Source: Acidobacteriota bacterium (GTDB lineage: Bacteria > Acidobacteriota > Vicinamibacteria > Marinacidobacterales > Marinacidobacteraceae). From it: 64,000 bases of DNA. A program made the position numbers and the translations under genes. Below the pieces are notes generated by a model. That model saw nothing but the letters and a program-made list of their open reading frames with translations, did no database searches and was not told where the DNA came from. This document shows, piece after piece, positions 42,385-52,446 of this stretch; the stretch's first letter is position 1, and every line of letters begins with the position of its first letter. Location of the stretch: assembly GCA_009835985.1 (NCBI GenBank), contig VXWI01000054.1, forward strand, positions 10,412-74,411, given 5' to 3'.

Positions 42385-43970
42385 ACCCAGACAGGATTGC
42401 CAAAGACTCGACCGTCCGTCGACGACTCGCGCGGCTCGCGCTGCTGGCCGCCGTCTCCACCGCGGCCCTCGCCACGTGTGGCGCGCCGCCTCCCGAACCG
42501 GAACTCCGTTTCGCGGTGGCGAGGTATCAGCACGAGACCTGCACCTTCTGCCCCAGCGGTGACACCGAGGTCGAGGACTGGCTCCAACACAGCGAGCCTC
42601 TCTCCGGGGAAGCGCTGCTCGACTCCGGGAGCTACATGGCCGGTTTCGTCCAGCGCGCCCGCGAGTTCGGGGACGTGGAGCTCGTGCCCCTGACCTCCCC
42701 GGTCGGCGTGTTCGGCGGCTCGTCGCGCAGCTGGAACACGAAGGAGACCTTCGAGCACTTCCTGGACATCATGATCGCCGAACTGGAGACGCAACTGCCG
42801 GTGGACGGCGTCTATCTCGCGCTGCACGGAGCCATGGCGGTGCGGGATGTCCCGCGTCCCGAAGCCGAGATCGCGCGTCGCTTCCGGGAGGTCGTCGGCC
42901 CCGACGTACCGATCGCGGGGAGCTTCGACCTGCACGGAAACGAGGACGGGGAGTTCCTCGAGCACGCTGACTTCGCCTTTGTGACCAAGCGGTTCCCTCA
43001 CTACGACTCCTACATCCAGGGCGAACGGGCTGCCCGCGCCCTTCGGATCACCGCGCGGGGCGAGTACGAGCCCACCACTGCGAGCCGGAAGCCCGGGGTC
43101 ATCACCGCCACCGTGCTGCAGTGGACCGGCCAGTCCCCCGCGATGGACATCATGGAACGGGCGCGGCGCTGGGAGGCGCGCGAGCACGACGCCTACGTGA
43201 GCGTCTTCTACGGCTATCCCTGGTCGGACGTCCCCGACGTGGGCGCGACCGTCCACGTCATGACGAACGGTGATCAGGAACTCGCGGACCGGATCGCCGA
43301 CGACATGGACGACTACATCTGGCGGGTCCGCGAGGACTTCGCCCTCGGCACGTACCCCGGCCCCGAGGAGGGCGCACGGATCGTGGCGGCGGCGATCGCG
43401 GCCGGCGAGACGCCCGTGGCGGTCGGCGACTACAGCGACCGCCCCGGCGACGCAACGCACATCCTGAACGCCTTCACGGCCGCCGGTATCGGCAAGACGC
43501 TCTACGGCACCATCTCCTCACCCGCCACCCTCGACGCCCTCGCGGAGGCCGACGCCGGCGCGGGCGACTCCTTCGATCACGAGATCGGCGGTTTCACGCC
43601 CTCCGGCGGGTCGCCCCGGCGCATCACCGGCACCCTCGAGTACTTCGGTCCGGGTTTCGGCTACGAGCGGATCGCCGCGGTCTCGTTCGGGGACGGCAAC
43701 GTCGTCTTCCTCGTTCCCGCCTACGAGCAGGTGCTCTACCCGGACGCGTTCCGCTTCGGACCGATCGATCCCGAAGACTACGAGGTGTTCGTGGTGAAGT
43801 CCCGGGTCCATTTCCGGCGCGGCTTCGACGAGACCGGCTACGCGCGCACCATCCAGATCATCGAGGCGCCCGAGCCGTTCGTGGGCACCACCTTCCTCGA
43901 CGCGCTGACGTACGAGAACGTGGACCTGAGCGAGCTCTACCCCTTCGGAACACCGCCGAACCGGCGCTGA
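42381..43970 (+). CDS. M81 family metallopeptidase (MlrC-like), lipoprotein
   Basis: RFAVARYQHETCTF matches the DUF1485 N-domain motif of MlrC-type peptidases. Lipobox LATCG. Confidence 0.6.
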   Translation: MNPDRIAKDSTVRRRLARLALLAAVSTAALATCGAPPPEPELRFAVARYQHETCTFCPSGDTEVEDWLQHSEPLSGEALLDSGSYMAGFVQRAREFGDVELVPLTSPVGVFGGSSRSWNTKETFEHFLDIMIAELETQLPVDGVYLALHGAMAVRDVPRPEAEIARRFREVVGPDVPIAGSFDLHGNEDGEFLEHADFAFVTKRFPHYDSYIQGERAARALRITARGEYEPTTASRKPGVITATVLQWTGQSPAMDIMERARRWEAREHDAYVSVFYGYPWSDVPDVGATVHVMTNGDQELADRIADDMDDYIWRVREDFALGTYPGPEEGARIVAAAIAAGETPVAVGDYSDRPGDATHILNAFTAAGIGKTLYGTISSPATLDALAEADAGAGDSFDHEIGGFTPSGGSPRRITGTLEYFGPGFGYERIAAVSFGDGNVVFLVPAYEQVLYPDAFRFGPIDPEDYEVFVVKSRVHFRRGFDETGYARTIQIIEAPEPFVGTTFLDALTYENVDLSELYPFGTPPNRR

Positions 43971-43982
43971 CGCCGAACGGCG

Positions 43983-45197
43983 CTACTCCGGCTCGGCCAG
44001 CCGGTTGTAGCGGCGGAGGATGTCGCGCAGCCGGTCGTGCGGCAGTCCATGGATCCTGCGGCCGTTGACCCCGACCATGTCCCGGCCCGCCACCACGGCG
44101 TTGACGATGGCTTCCTCGGTGGCCTGCACCACCCCCTCGAAAAGGGGGTTGATGTTGTTGTTCGCGAGGTTTTCGAGCGGGGCGACGCCGCCTTCGTTGT
44201 GCGCGGCCTCCTCGTTCGCGGTGGAGAAGGCGATGAAGATGTCGCCCGAACCGTTCGACGCGATGCTCCCGACCCGGCCGAGCGCCAGGGTGGTGCGGCG
44301 GATGAAGCGGTTGAGTTGATGCGGCAGCAGCGGCGCGTCGGTGGCGGCAACGATGATGATCGACCCGTCGCGCCCGTAGGCGTCGTCGTCGCCCTGACCC
44401 GGCGGGGCATCGAAGGGGCCCCGTTCGGGCATCAGGTCCGGGATTTCCCGCCCCACGGGGACTCCGGCCACCGTCATCAGGCTCCGGCTCCCGAAGTTCG
44501 ACTGCACGAGCACGCCGATCGTGTACTCGTCGCCCCCGGCCTCCACGATCCGGGAAGAGGTGCCGATCCCGGCCTTGAAGCCGAACGTCCGCATCCCGGT
44601 GCCGCCTCCCACCGAACCTTCCTCGACCGGCCCGCCCCGCGCCGAATCGAGCGCCGCGAAGACGTGTTCCTGCCGGACGTGGAAGCCGTTGATGTCGTTC
44701 AGGAAGCCGTCCCAGGTCTCGGCCACCACCGGCAGGCTCCAGTCGGGAGCGTCGAGGTTCGCCTGCGCCCAGGCGATCGTGGCCTCGTGGACGGCGCCGA
44801 CGCTGTGGGTGTTCGTGATCATCACCGCCCCTTCGAGGATGCCCCGGTCGCGGAGCCAGGTGGTCCCGGTCATCTCGCCGTTGCCGTTCAGGGTGAACCA
44901 GGCGGCGAACACCCGGCCGCGGCTGGCGCGGCCGCGGGGCAGGACGGCCGTGACTCCGGTGCGGACGGGTCCCTCCCCGACCACCAGTTCGCCCTCGCCA
45001 CGGATGATGGTGTGGTGGCCGACTTCGATCCCGGCCACGTCGGTAATGGCGTTCAGCGGCCCCGGAGTGCCTTCGAAGGGCACCCCGAGATCGCGGGCGC
45101 GGGGCCCGTCCTGGGCGGACGCAGGCGCCGCCCACCCGAGCAACGCCAGTGCAACGCTGCCGATGGTGACGGACGGTCGGTGAGAAGCGGTGTTCAT
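43983..45197 (-). CDS. S58/P1 family peptidase (DmpA/L-aminopeptidase D-Ala-esterase type), secreted
   Basis: Signal peptide. AITDVAGIEVGHHT and the self-processing Gly-Ser/Thr region typical of DmpA. Confidence 0.7.
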   Translation of the reverse strand: MNTASHRPSVTIGSVALALLGWAAPASAQDGPRARDLGVPFEGTPGPLNAITDVAGIEVGHHTIIRGEGELVVGEGPVRTGVTAVLPRGRASRGRVFAAWFTLNGNGEMTGTTWLRDRGILEGAVMITNTHSVGAVHEATIAWAQANLDAPDWSLPVVAETWDGFLNDINGFHVRQEHVFAALDSARGGPVEEGSVGGGTGMRTFGFKAGIGTSSRIVEAGGDEYTIGVLVQSNFGSRSLMTVAGVPVGREIPDLMPERGPFDAPPGQGDDDAYGRDGSIIIVAATDAPLLPHQLNRFIRRTTLALGRVGSIASNGSGDIFIAFSTANEEAAHNEGGVAPLENLANNNINPLFEGVVQATEEAIVNAVVAGRDMVGVNGRRIHGLPHDRLRDILRRYNRLAEPE

Positions 45198-46306
45198 GGA
45201 GACCCCTCCCTGGAAGGGGCTACTTTGTCAAACAGCGAGCGCGGCGCACCGGGCGCCCGCGGCGGCCGGAAGAGGTCGAGCCGGAAGGGAGGATGCTTCC
45301 GGTCGAGCCCGTACCGCCGGGAAGCCACCCGGAACCGGTTCGCGAGCAGCTCCGCGTAAGGGCCCTGCCCGCGCATCCGCTCCCCGAACTTCGCCTCGTA
45401 GAGCTGGCCGCCGCGGGTGTCCCGGATCAGGCTCTCCACGTGCGCGGCGCGCGCCGGAACGTGCGTCTCCAGCCACTCGGAGAAGAGTTCCTTCAGCTCG
45501 TGCGGCAGCCGCACCAGGATGAACCCGGCAGACCGGGCCCCCGCCCCGGCCGCCGCCTCCAGGATGGCCTCGAGTTCGGAGTCGTTGAGCGCCGGGATCA
45601 TCGGCGATGCCAGCACGTCGACGGGGACGTCGGCTTCGCGCAGCGCCGCGATCGTCGCCAGCCGGCGCGCGGGCGCCGCCGCCCGCGGCTCCATGGCCCG
45701 GGCCAGATCCCGCCGGAGCGTGGTCACGGAGACCATCACCTGGGCCAGCCCCTCTTTCGCCATCGGGACGATGATGTCCAGGTCCCGAAGGATCAGCGCC
45801 GACTTCGTGACGATGCCGGTGGGGTGGCGCGCCTCGTGCAGCACCTCCAGCAACTGCCGGGTGATCTTGAGGTCGCGCTCGACCGGCTGGTAGGGGTCGG
45901 TGTTCGAGCCGAGCGCCAGCGGGCCCACCTCGTAGCCCCGCTTTCGGAGTTCCCGGCGCAGCAGGCCCGCGGCCTCCGGCTTGGCCACGATCTTGGTCTC
46001 GAAGTCGAGGCCCGGTGAAAACCCGAGGTAGGCGTGACTCGGCCGGGCAAAGCAGTAGATGCAGCCGTGCTCGCAGCCGCGGTAGGGATTGATCGAGCGG
46101 TCGAAGGGAATGTCCGGCGAGTCGTTCCGGGCGATGATGCTCTTCGTCCGGTCGATGATGACCTCGGTGGGAACCCGCTCCGGCGGTGGATCGCGAGCGT
46201 CCCAGCCGTCGTCGAACGCCTCCTCCCGAAGCGCTTCGAAGCGGCCGGCCGGGTTGGAGACCGCTCCCCTTCCGCGGAGAGGCTTCCCCCCGCTTCCGGG
46301 GTCCAC
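45194..46306 (-). CDS. Radical SAM protein, PA0069/SplB-like (DNA-repair-photolyase-like) family
   Basis: CxxxCxxC cluster motif (GCEHGCIYCF). TIM-barrel radical SAM core. Confidence 0.7.
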   Translation of the reverse strand: MDPGSGGKPLRGRGAVSNPAGRFEALREEAFDDGWDARDPPPERVPTEVIIDRTKSIIARNDSPDIPFDRSINPYRGCEHGCIYCFARPSHAYLGFSPGLDFETKIVAKPEAAGLLRRELRKRGYEVGPLALGSNTDPYQPVERDLKITRQLLEVLHEARHPTGIVTKSALILRDLDIIVPMAKEGLAQVMVSVTTLRRDLARAMEPRAAAPARRLATIAALREADVPVDVLASPMIPALNDSELEAILEAAAGAGARSAGFILVRLPHELKELFSEWLETHVPARAAHVESLIRDTRGGQLYEAKFGERMRGQGPYAELLANRFRVASRRYGLDRKHPPFRLDLFRPPRAPGAPRSLFDKVAPSREGSP

Positions 46307-46313
46307 CGCCGCG

Positions 46314-47195
46314 CTATTCCGGCTGGAGGGCGTCGAGCGCGCCCGCGAGGGCGGCTTCGATTTCTCCCGCCTCGCCCGACGTCCGGACCAACCGTCCGCC
46401 GCTGATTTCGGCCAGGTAGGTCAGCGCCCAGAAGGGATCCACGTTCCGCAGGCCTCGCAGGTCGCGTTCGGAATCCTGCAGATGCCGGCCCTCGAACTCG
46501 ATCTGGTTCGCCAGGTCCTCGGCGCTGATGCTCCCGTAGGTCCCGCCCACCCGGCCGGAGCGGGTCAGGTTCGGAGGCGCGGTAACCGACAGCACGGTGG
46601 GAGGCAGTCCCGCGGCGGCAAAGAGCGGCCACGAGTCCCGAGCCCAGCTGGCCCCATCCACGCCATCCGTGAAGATCACCAGGACCGGGCGTCCCGGCCG
46701 GTCGGCGAGGAGGCCGAACGCCAAGGTGAGCGCATTGTTGAACGCGGCCGGGCCGCCGCTGCGCAACGCGGCGGCCGCCACCGCCGCGTCGGCGCAGGTC
46801 CCGTCCCAACCGGCGTGGAGTTCCACCGAACGGGTAAACCCAAGGAGCGCGCAACGGTCCTCGTCGTCGAGCGCGGAGAAGAGTGCCTGGATCCCGGCGA
46901 TCGCGGCGCGCAACCGCGCCCCCGAAACGCTGGAACTCAGGTCGAACACCGCAACGACCGACAGCGGCTCCTGCCCGGTCCAGACCGGGCGGGGCAGGTC
47001 GTCGCGCCGGCGCCGGAGCAGGTCGAGCCCCGCGCCGCCCACTCCGGGAGCGGTGGGCGCCTCCGGGTGGGCCTGAATCCGAAAGGCCGGGACAGTTCCT
47101 CGCGCAGTCTCCCCCTCGCCGGATTCGGAAATCCCGCCGGCGGACAGGAAACTGGGGACCAGGATCGCAAGCACCGTCGCGCTGAGCACTCTCAT
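46314..47195 (-). CDS. Secreted vWA-domain protein (VWFA-related Acidobacterial-type), module copy A
   Basis: Signal peptide. MIDAS-like DxSxS (VFDLSSSVS) and ...TDG motifs. Stop overlaps the upstream TPR gene. Confidence 0.65.
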   Translation of the reverse strand: MRVLSATVLAILVPSFLSAGGISESGEGETARGTVPAFRIQAHPEAPTAPGVGGAGLDLLRRRRDDLPRPVWTGQEPLSVVAVFDLSSSVSGARLRAAIAGIQALFSALDDEDRCALLGFTRSVELHAGWDGTCADAAVAAAALRSGGPAAFNNALTLAFGLLADRPGRPVLVIFTDGVDGASWARDSWPLFAAAGLPPTVLSVTAPPNLTRSGRVGGTYGSISAEDLANQIEFEGRHLQDSERDLRGLRNVDPFWALTYLAEISGGRLVRTSGEAGEIEAALAGALDALQPE

Positions 47196-48193
47196 CGTTC
47201 GCTCCCTCCCTCCGCGGGCTCCCGCACCTCGTCCTTCATCGCCTGGAACATCCCCGGGTACTCAAGGGCCGGACCGAGCCAGTAGCGCCATTCGGGCTCC
47301 CATCCCGTCGGCGCCCGGGCGAGGAGAGCTCCGGCCGCCTCGGCGGCGCCCTCCGCGTCGCCCTGGCTGAGGCGCGCCGCCACGAGGCCGGAGACGGCGG
47401 CCGGCGAGCGGCGCGAGCGGCGGACGGCTTCGGCGAAGGCGGCCTCGGCGGCGGCGAACTCCCCGGCCCCGAGCGCGATCTCGCCCCGAATGAGCAGCAA
47501 GGCCAGCCGGGGTCCCGACCGGAGGCGGGCGTCACCGAGCTGGTCGAGGACGAAGACGGCGTCCTCCGACCTCCCGAGATCCAGAAGCACACCGGCGAAG
47601 CGGATCCGAAGGTCGGGATCGTCCGGAGTCTCTTCCAGGAGTTCCTGGAGCATGACTCCGGCGCGCGTGAGATAGGTCGGTTCCTCGCGCTGTTTCCCGA
47701 ACATCCACAGCGCCGCCGCGAACGACCGCCGGACGTCGCGGTCACCCGGCAGGTCCTCGAGGGCCCCCTCGAAGGCGACGACCCCGGGACCGACCGAGAG
47801 CTGCACTTGATACGAAAAGGCGAGCGCCAGCCACCACCGGCGGATCCAGTCGTCGCGGTCCTCCGGCTCGGGGATCGCCTTGAGAAGACTTCGCGCCAGT
47901 TGCACGTGGGTTTCGGGGTACCCATGCGCGATCGCTTCGGTGTGCAGGAGCGCCGCCGTCTTCAGTTCCCTCGCGCTGGGAGCCGAGGCGATGAAATCGC
48001 CGACCACGCGCTCCACGGAATCAGGATCGAACCCGGCGAGCACGCGGCCGGAACTGATGAAGAGCCCGCCGCGCACCTCGTCGAGCAGCTCCTGGTAGCC
48101 GCTCGCATCGATACGTCCCTGGGCGGACGCGAGGCTCGGAGAGGTGGAGGCCGCGACCACCGACAGGACCAGAGAGATCGAAGAAAAACGCAC
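47192..48193 (-). CDS. Secreted tetratricopeptide-repeat protein, module copy A
   Basis: Signal peptide MRFSSISLVLSVVAASTSPSLASAQG followed by repeated A/L-rich TPR helices. Confidence 0.55.
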   Translation of the reverse strand: MRFSSISLVLSVVAASTSPSLASAQGRIDASGYQELLDEVRGGLFISSGRVLAGFDPDSVERVVGDFIASAPSARELKTAALLHTEAIAHGYPETHVQLARSLLKAIPEPEDRDDWIRRWWLALAFSYQVQLSVGPGVVAFEGALEDLPGDRDVRRSFAAALWMFGKQREEPTYLTRAGVMLQELLEETPDDPDLRIRFAGVLLDLGRSEDAVFVLDQLGDARLRSGPRLALLLIRGEIALGAGEFAAAEAAFAEAVRRSRRSPAAVSGLVAARLSQGDAEGAAEAAGALLARAPTGWEPEWRYWLGPALEYPGMFQAMKDEVREPAEGGSER

Positions 48194-48263
48194 CGGCTCT
48201 CGGTCAATGTAGCAGGATGTGTGCCACCCGCGCCGGCCGGTTGCGGGTCCGGCCCGCTCCCCC

Positions 48264-49475
48264 TCAATCGCCGGCGAGAACCTCCCGGAACACCCGCAGG
48301 AAGTTGCCGCCGAGCAGCTTGGTCAGATCCTCATCGCTCCAGCCCCGCGCGTGCAGTTCGGCGGTGACGCGGACCCAGCGGTCGAAGGCCGCGAGCCCGG
48401 CGTCCGCGTAGTGCCTCGAGTCCGGGTCCCAACCGTCGAGCGCGGCATCCGTCGCGACTCCGACGTGGTCGATGCCGACGAGATCCGCGACGTACTCGAT
48501 GTGGGCCACCATGTCCTCCATCCCCGCCTTCCCGTCGCCGTCCCGATCCAGCATCCAGCCGATGGGCGTGATCCCGATGACGCCACCGGTCGCGGCGATG
48601 GCCCGCAACTCGTCGTCGTCCTTGGTTCGAGGCTGCGGGGTCAGGGCTTCGGCGTTCGCATGGCTGGCAAGAACGGGTTTCGTGGAGAGGGCGGCGGCAT
48701 CGAGCGTCGATTGGCGGCTCAGGTGGGACACGTCCACGATCATGCCCAGGCGGTTCATCTCGGCGACGGCCCGCCGGCCGAGTTCCGTCAAGCCCCGATC
48801 GTCTCCCTCGTAGGAACCGTGAGCGAGCCGCTCATCCGGTTCGTGTCCCTCCTTGTGGCCGTAGCGAAGCTGCAGCACCCGGAGCCCCTCGGCGTACCAG
48901 CGGCCCAGGTTGGCCAGTTCGCCGTCAAGTTGCCATTGCGGCGCCACCCGGGACTGGACGTAGAAGATGTACGCGTACTCCCCGTTCTCGTGCGCGATTT
49001 CGATGTCGTCGTAGGTGAGAACCACCCGGGCGTTCGCGATCGTGCCATCGGTCGTCTGTTTGCGGAAACGGGTCATCCCCTCGAGTCCGAAACCGCTCAT
49101 GCTGAATACCCCCAGGTCGATCCCGGAGACCGCCTTCAAGGTCCCGAAGTCTCCCGGACCGGTGCCGGGATAGACGCGGAGCTCGCACCCGGTCCTGCAG
49201 TGCGGATCGACTCTGGAGAGACTGCTGGCGGTACCGTCCACCACATACTGCCGGGCCACGAACGCGCGGGCCCATGCCAGGTCGGCGGCCGCGGCTCCAC
49301 CGGTTCCCGGCGCCTGACCGCCCGTGGCCGTCGACACCGGCGCGGGGAGCGGGACCGCCGCCAGCGGCGGCGCAGCGGATGGAGGCGTTACCGTTCCGCG
49401 TTCGTCGGTTCCGGGAGTCGACGCCGTTAACGGCAGCAACAGGAGCGCCAGGATGAGGACTCGCAAGGGGGTCAT
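48264..49475 (-). CDS. M19 family membrane dipeptidase, secreted/lipid-anchored
   Basis: Signal peptide at MTPLRVLILALLLLPLTAS. (beta/alpha)8 Zn-dipeptidase motifs (HLSRQS, ASHANAEAL). The N-terminal 71 aa of the track ORF were discarded. Confidence 0.55.
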   Translation of the reverse strand: MTPLRVLILALLLLPLTASTPGTDERGTVTPPSAAPPLAAVPLPAPVSTATGGQAPGTGGAAAADLAWARAFVARQYVVDGTASSLSRVDPHCRTGCELRVYPGTGPGDFGTLKAVSGIDLGVFSMSGFGLEGMTRFRKQTTDGTIANARVVLTYDDIEIAHENGEYAYIFYVQSRVAPQWQLDGELANLGRWYAEGLRVLQLRYGHKEGHEPDERLAHGSYEGDDRGLTELGRRAVAEMNRLGMIVDVSHLSRQSTLDAAALSTKPVLASHANAEALTPQPRTKDDDELRAIAATGGVIGITPIGWMLDRDGDGKAGMEDMVAHIEYVADLVGIDHVGVATDAALDGWDPDSRHYADAGLAAFDRWVRVTAELHARGWSDEDLTKLLGGNFLRVFREVLAGD

Positions 49476-49587
49476 TCGGCGCCGCTCGATCTGATCTGAG
49501 GTCCGGAGTCGGCTCCAGCCAACGATACTTCCACGCCGACTTCGAAACCCGATCCTAATCCCCTCCGGGAAAGGAAACGCACACCGC

Positions 49588-50838
49588 TTGTCAGAACCTC
49601 CTCTTCCCCGACGCTCACCTCGTGATCCGGTCGTCACCGGCATGGGGCTCCTTTCCCAGGTCGGCACCGGAACCGCCAAGCACCGCAAGATCCTGAAGTC
49701 CGGAACGCAGGTGCCGTTCTCGGTCTACGAACCCGGCGTCGAGTGCCAGACCGGGTGCCAGCTGGTGGGCGCCTACAAGGATCCTCTCGATCCGGCGGAC
49801 CTCGGACTCGATCGTTCGGAGGCCCGGTTCATGGGGCGGATGTCCCTCCTCGCGGTGCGCGCGGCGCAGATCGCGCTCGAGCAGTCGGGGCTCCCGACCC
49901 GGGACCTCGCGGTCGTGGTCGGCACCGGCACCGGAGAGATCGAGACCCATCGGGAGGTCGTACGCCGGGTGGAACGCGGCGGGCGCGTCCGGGTCCTGCC
50001 GACCACGATCCCCCGCATCATGGCGTCCACGGTCTCGGCGAATCTCGCCACGGTGCTCAAGACGCGGGGCCCGTCGCTCTCCGTGACCGCGGCCTGCGCC
50101 GGCGGCGGCTACAACCTTGCCATCGCCGCCGCCTGGATCCGGGAAGGCATCGTGGACCACGCCCTTGCCGGCGGAGTCGAAGCGGAAGACGTGCACTTCC
50201 ATCTCGGCTTCGACTCCATGCGCGCCTATACGCGGCTGGACAACCACCGGCCGGAATGGGCCTCGAGGCCCTACGCCGCCGATCGCGCCGGGTTCATCTT
50301 CGGAGAGGGCGCCGGGATCCTGGCGCTCGAATCGCGGGAGTCCGCCGAGCGGCGGGGAGCGGCGATCCTCGGCTCGATCCGCGGCTTCGGAATGTCGTCG
50401 GATGGCAGCGGCGAGATGGTCGCTCCCGCCAGCGAGGGGGCCGAACTGGCCATGCGGAGGGCGCTCCGGCACAGCGGCGTACCGGAACGCGCGATCGGCT
50501 ACATCAACACCCACGGCACCTCGACGCCCCTCGGCGACATCTCCGAGGTGCGGGCGATCCGGCGCGTCTTCGCGGACGGCCCCGTCCCATACGGCTCGAC
50601 CAAGGGCTACACCGGGCACACCGTCTCCGCCGCCGGGTCGCTGGAAGCCGCCTTCACGGTCCTCATGCTCCGGGAAGGCTGGATCGCCCCGTCGGTGAAC
50701 GCGGAACCGCTCGACCCGGAACTCACGGACTACCCTCCGGTCCTCCGTCCCACCGGCATCGATGCCGAGTGGGCGCTTTCCAACTCGTTCGGCTTCGGCG
50801 GGACGAACATCTCCCTGGTCCTGCGCCGGGAGCGCTGA
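49588..50838 (+). CDS. fabF: Beta-ketoacyl-ACP synthase (KAS I/II type)
   Basis: Active-site Cys context SVTAACAGGGYNL. His motifs INTHGTSTPLGD and GHTVSAAG. Confidence 0.8.
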   Translation: MSEPPLPRRSPRDPVVTGMGLLSQVGTGTAKHRKILKSGTQVPFSVYEPGVECQTGCQLVGAYKDPLDPADLGLDRSEARFMGRMSLLAVRAAQIALEQSGLPTRDLAVVVGTGTGEIETHREVVRRVERGGRVRVLPTTIPRIMASTVSANLATVLKTRGPSLSVTAACAGGGYNLAIAAAWIREGIVDHALAGGVEAEDVHFHLGFDSMRAYTRLDNHRPEWASRPYAADRAGFIFGEGAGILALESRESAERRGAAILGSIRGFGMSSDGSGEMVAPASEGAELAMRRALRHSGVPERAIGYINTHGTSTPLGDISEVRAIRRVFADGPVPYGSTKGYTGHTVSAAGSLEAAFTVLMLREGWIAPSVNAEPLDPELTDYPPVLRPTGIDAEWALSNSFGFGGTNISLVLRRER

Positions 50839-50867
50839 GGCAGCCAACTTCAGGGAACCAGAACCGA

Positions 50868-51262
50868 TGCACGTAGATCTCGAATGGAACGGCGCAACCG
50901 GCTACCAAGTCACGACTCCCTCCGGGGCAGCCGTCACGCTCGACAGCGACGCCCGGGAGGGCCCCTCGCCCATGCAGGCGCTGCTCGCGGCGGTGGCCGG
51001 CTGCATGGCGATCGACATCGTCCACGTCCTGAAGCGCATGCGCCGCGCTCCCGAACGCCTCTCCGCCCGCGTCTCCGGCGAGCGCGCCGACGACCACCCC
51101 AGGCGTTTCGTGAGCATCCGGCTGGAGTTCACGGCCGCCGGTGGCGCGGTGGTCCAGGACCGCCTCGAACAGTCCGTCGAGCTCTCGTTCGCCAAGTACT
51201 GCAGCGTCCTCCACAGCTTGGCGAAGGACACCGCGACGAGCTGGTCGGCACGCGTGGCCTAG
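50868..51262 (+). CDS. OsmC/Ohr family protein
   Basis: ALLAAVAGCMAIDIV and KYCSV conserved Cys pair, typical of OsmC. Confidence 0.7.
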
Positions 51263-51300
51263 CGGAGATACACCGAGCGACCGGTGTTGAACCGGCAGTC

Positions 51301-52446
51301 TCAGCAGCGTTCGATGGGAGAAGAGCCGTCCAGCGGCTCTACCAGATGAAGCAACTGGCCACGTATGTCTGAACTTGCTCCAGCGAGGTCCACCGTGACG
51401 AATCGGAAGCGACATCCCTGGATGACCACCGACTCGTCCACTCTCTCTCCAATGGCGGGATGCAACAAGATCGCCTCCTCGGTCCAGGCGCCGCTGTGTC
51501 CCAGACCGAGTTGGGAAAAGACATACGCGTACATCTGATAGAGGTAGCCGCTTCTCAGCGTGTCCTGTCCGAACTGTCCTTGTCCGAGGATTCCAGTGAA
51601 CTTGGTGTCGACAACGATCTTGCGTTGATCCCCGGCGTGTTCCAGAGTGACATCCGTCTGCATTCCGGGCAGGATTGACCGTGCGCGAGGGGAAGCTTCC
51701 TCGATCTGCCATCCCAGCTTACGGCTGCCCACATTCCATCCCGCCGGTTCCAGCGTCACCTGGTAGAACCCTCGAACGGCGTGCTCAAAAAGACGCCGTA
51801 CCCAAGCTTCTTCTCGTTCAGCCAGTGGAAGATGCTCAACTCCAACCGACTCCATGGGTATGGTGAGATCGAGGGCTAGCATCGCCGCGGAGACCATCTG
51901 ACGGTCGTCGGCTTCGTGACGGCCGATGGTGTCCGTGCTCATTTGTCGCTTGGTTGGCGCTTGTCCGGAAACGCCCATCGCCCGCATTGCATGGGCCGCA
52001 CGCCGACACCGGAGCCGGAGGCTGGACGTCGTGACAAGGCCGGCAATCCGTTCGCACGCGGCCCGAATGAACCAGTTCCTCAGCGTATCCACCACCATTT
52101 CCTCGAATCGACAGGCCACGAGACCCCGACTCAGTAGCTGTCGCCGCTCGGTTTCGAGCATGTCGATCCGACCTCGGACCCGAGGAAGCGCCGCGGTGCG
52201 GCGCCGGTAGCCGCGGCTCAGCAGGCGCCGAAGCCTCTTCTCCACAGCGTAGGCGAGCAGCTCCGCGACCAGATCAGGCAAATCGTCGGGCGCGTCTTCG
52301 ACGGCCGCACCGACGTCGCCCCGATGACGCCACAGATCGGACGCGTAGAACATCAACAGCCAGAGATTCCGGACGGGTATGCGTCCTACGAATCCCGGCG
52401 TTGACGCCACCGTTTGCGCGGCCGCAGGTGCCGAACGGGACTCCAC
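51301..52446 (-). CDS. mcrC: McrC-like type IV restriction endonuclease subunit
   Basis: Immediately downstream of and abutting mcrB. PD-(D/E)xK-type C-terminal region (ILPGMQTDVTLE...KIVVDTKF). N-terminal RIPVRNLWLLMFYASDLW is typical of McrC. Confidence 0.7.
   Translation of the reverse strand: MESRSAPAAAQTVASTPGFVGRIPVRNLWLLMFYASDLWRHRGDVGAAVEDAPDDLPDLVAELLAYAVEKRLRRLLSRGYRRRTAALPRVRGRIDMLETERRQLLSRGLVACRFEEMVVDTLRNWFIRAACERIAGLVTTSSLRLRCRRAAHAMRAMGVSGQAPTKRQMSTDTIGRHEADDRQMVSAAMLALDLTIPMESVGVEHLPLAEREEAWVRRLFEHAVRGFYQVTLEPAGWNVGSRKLGWQIEEASPRARSILPGMQTDVTLEHAGDQRKIVVDTKFTGILGQGQFGQDTLRSGYLYQMYAYVFSQLGLGHSGAWTEEAILLHPAIGERVDESVVIQGCRFRFVTVDLAGASSDIRGQLLHLVEPLDGSSPIERC

Noticed and set aside
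45194-46306. Radical SAM protein as a viperin-like antiviral enzyme
   Set aside because: Only the generic CxxxCxxC motif is shared. The rest of the sequence aligns by eye with PA0069/SplB-type proteins (long C-terminal TIM-barrel extension), not with the compact viperin core. No nucleotide-kinase partner is present.
49588-49640. Alternative later start for the KAS gene (at VVTGMGLLS)
   Set aside because: An in-frame ATG at 49588 exists and there is no convincing RBS before the internal candidate. The N-terminal extension is short. Left at the ATG, but the true start is uncertain.
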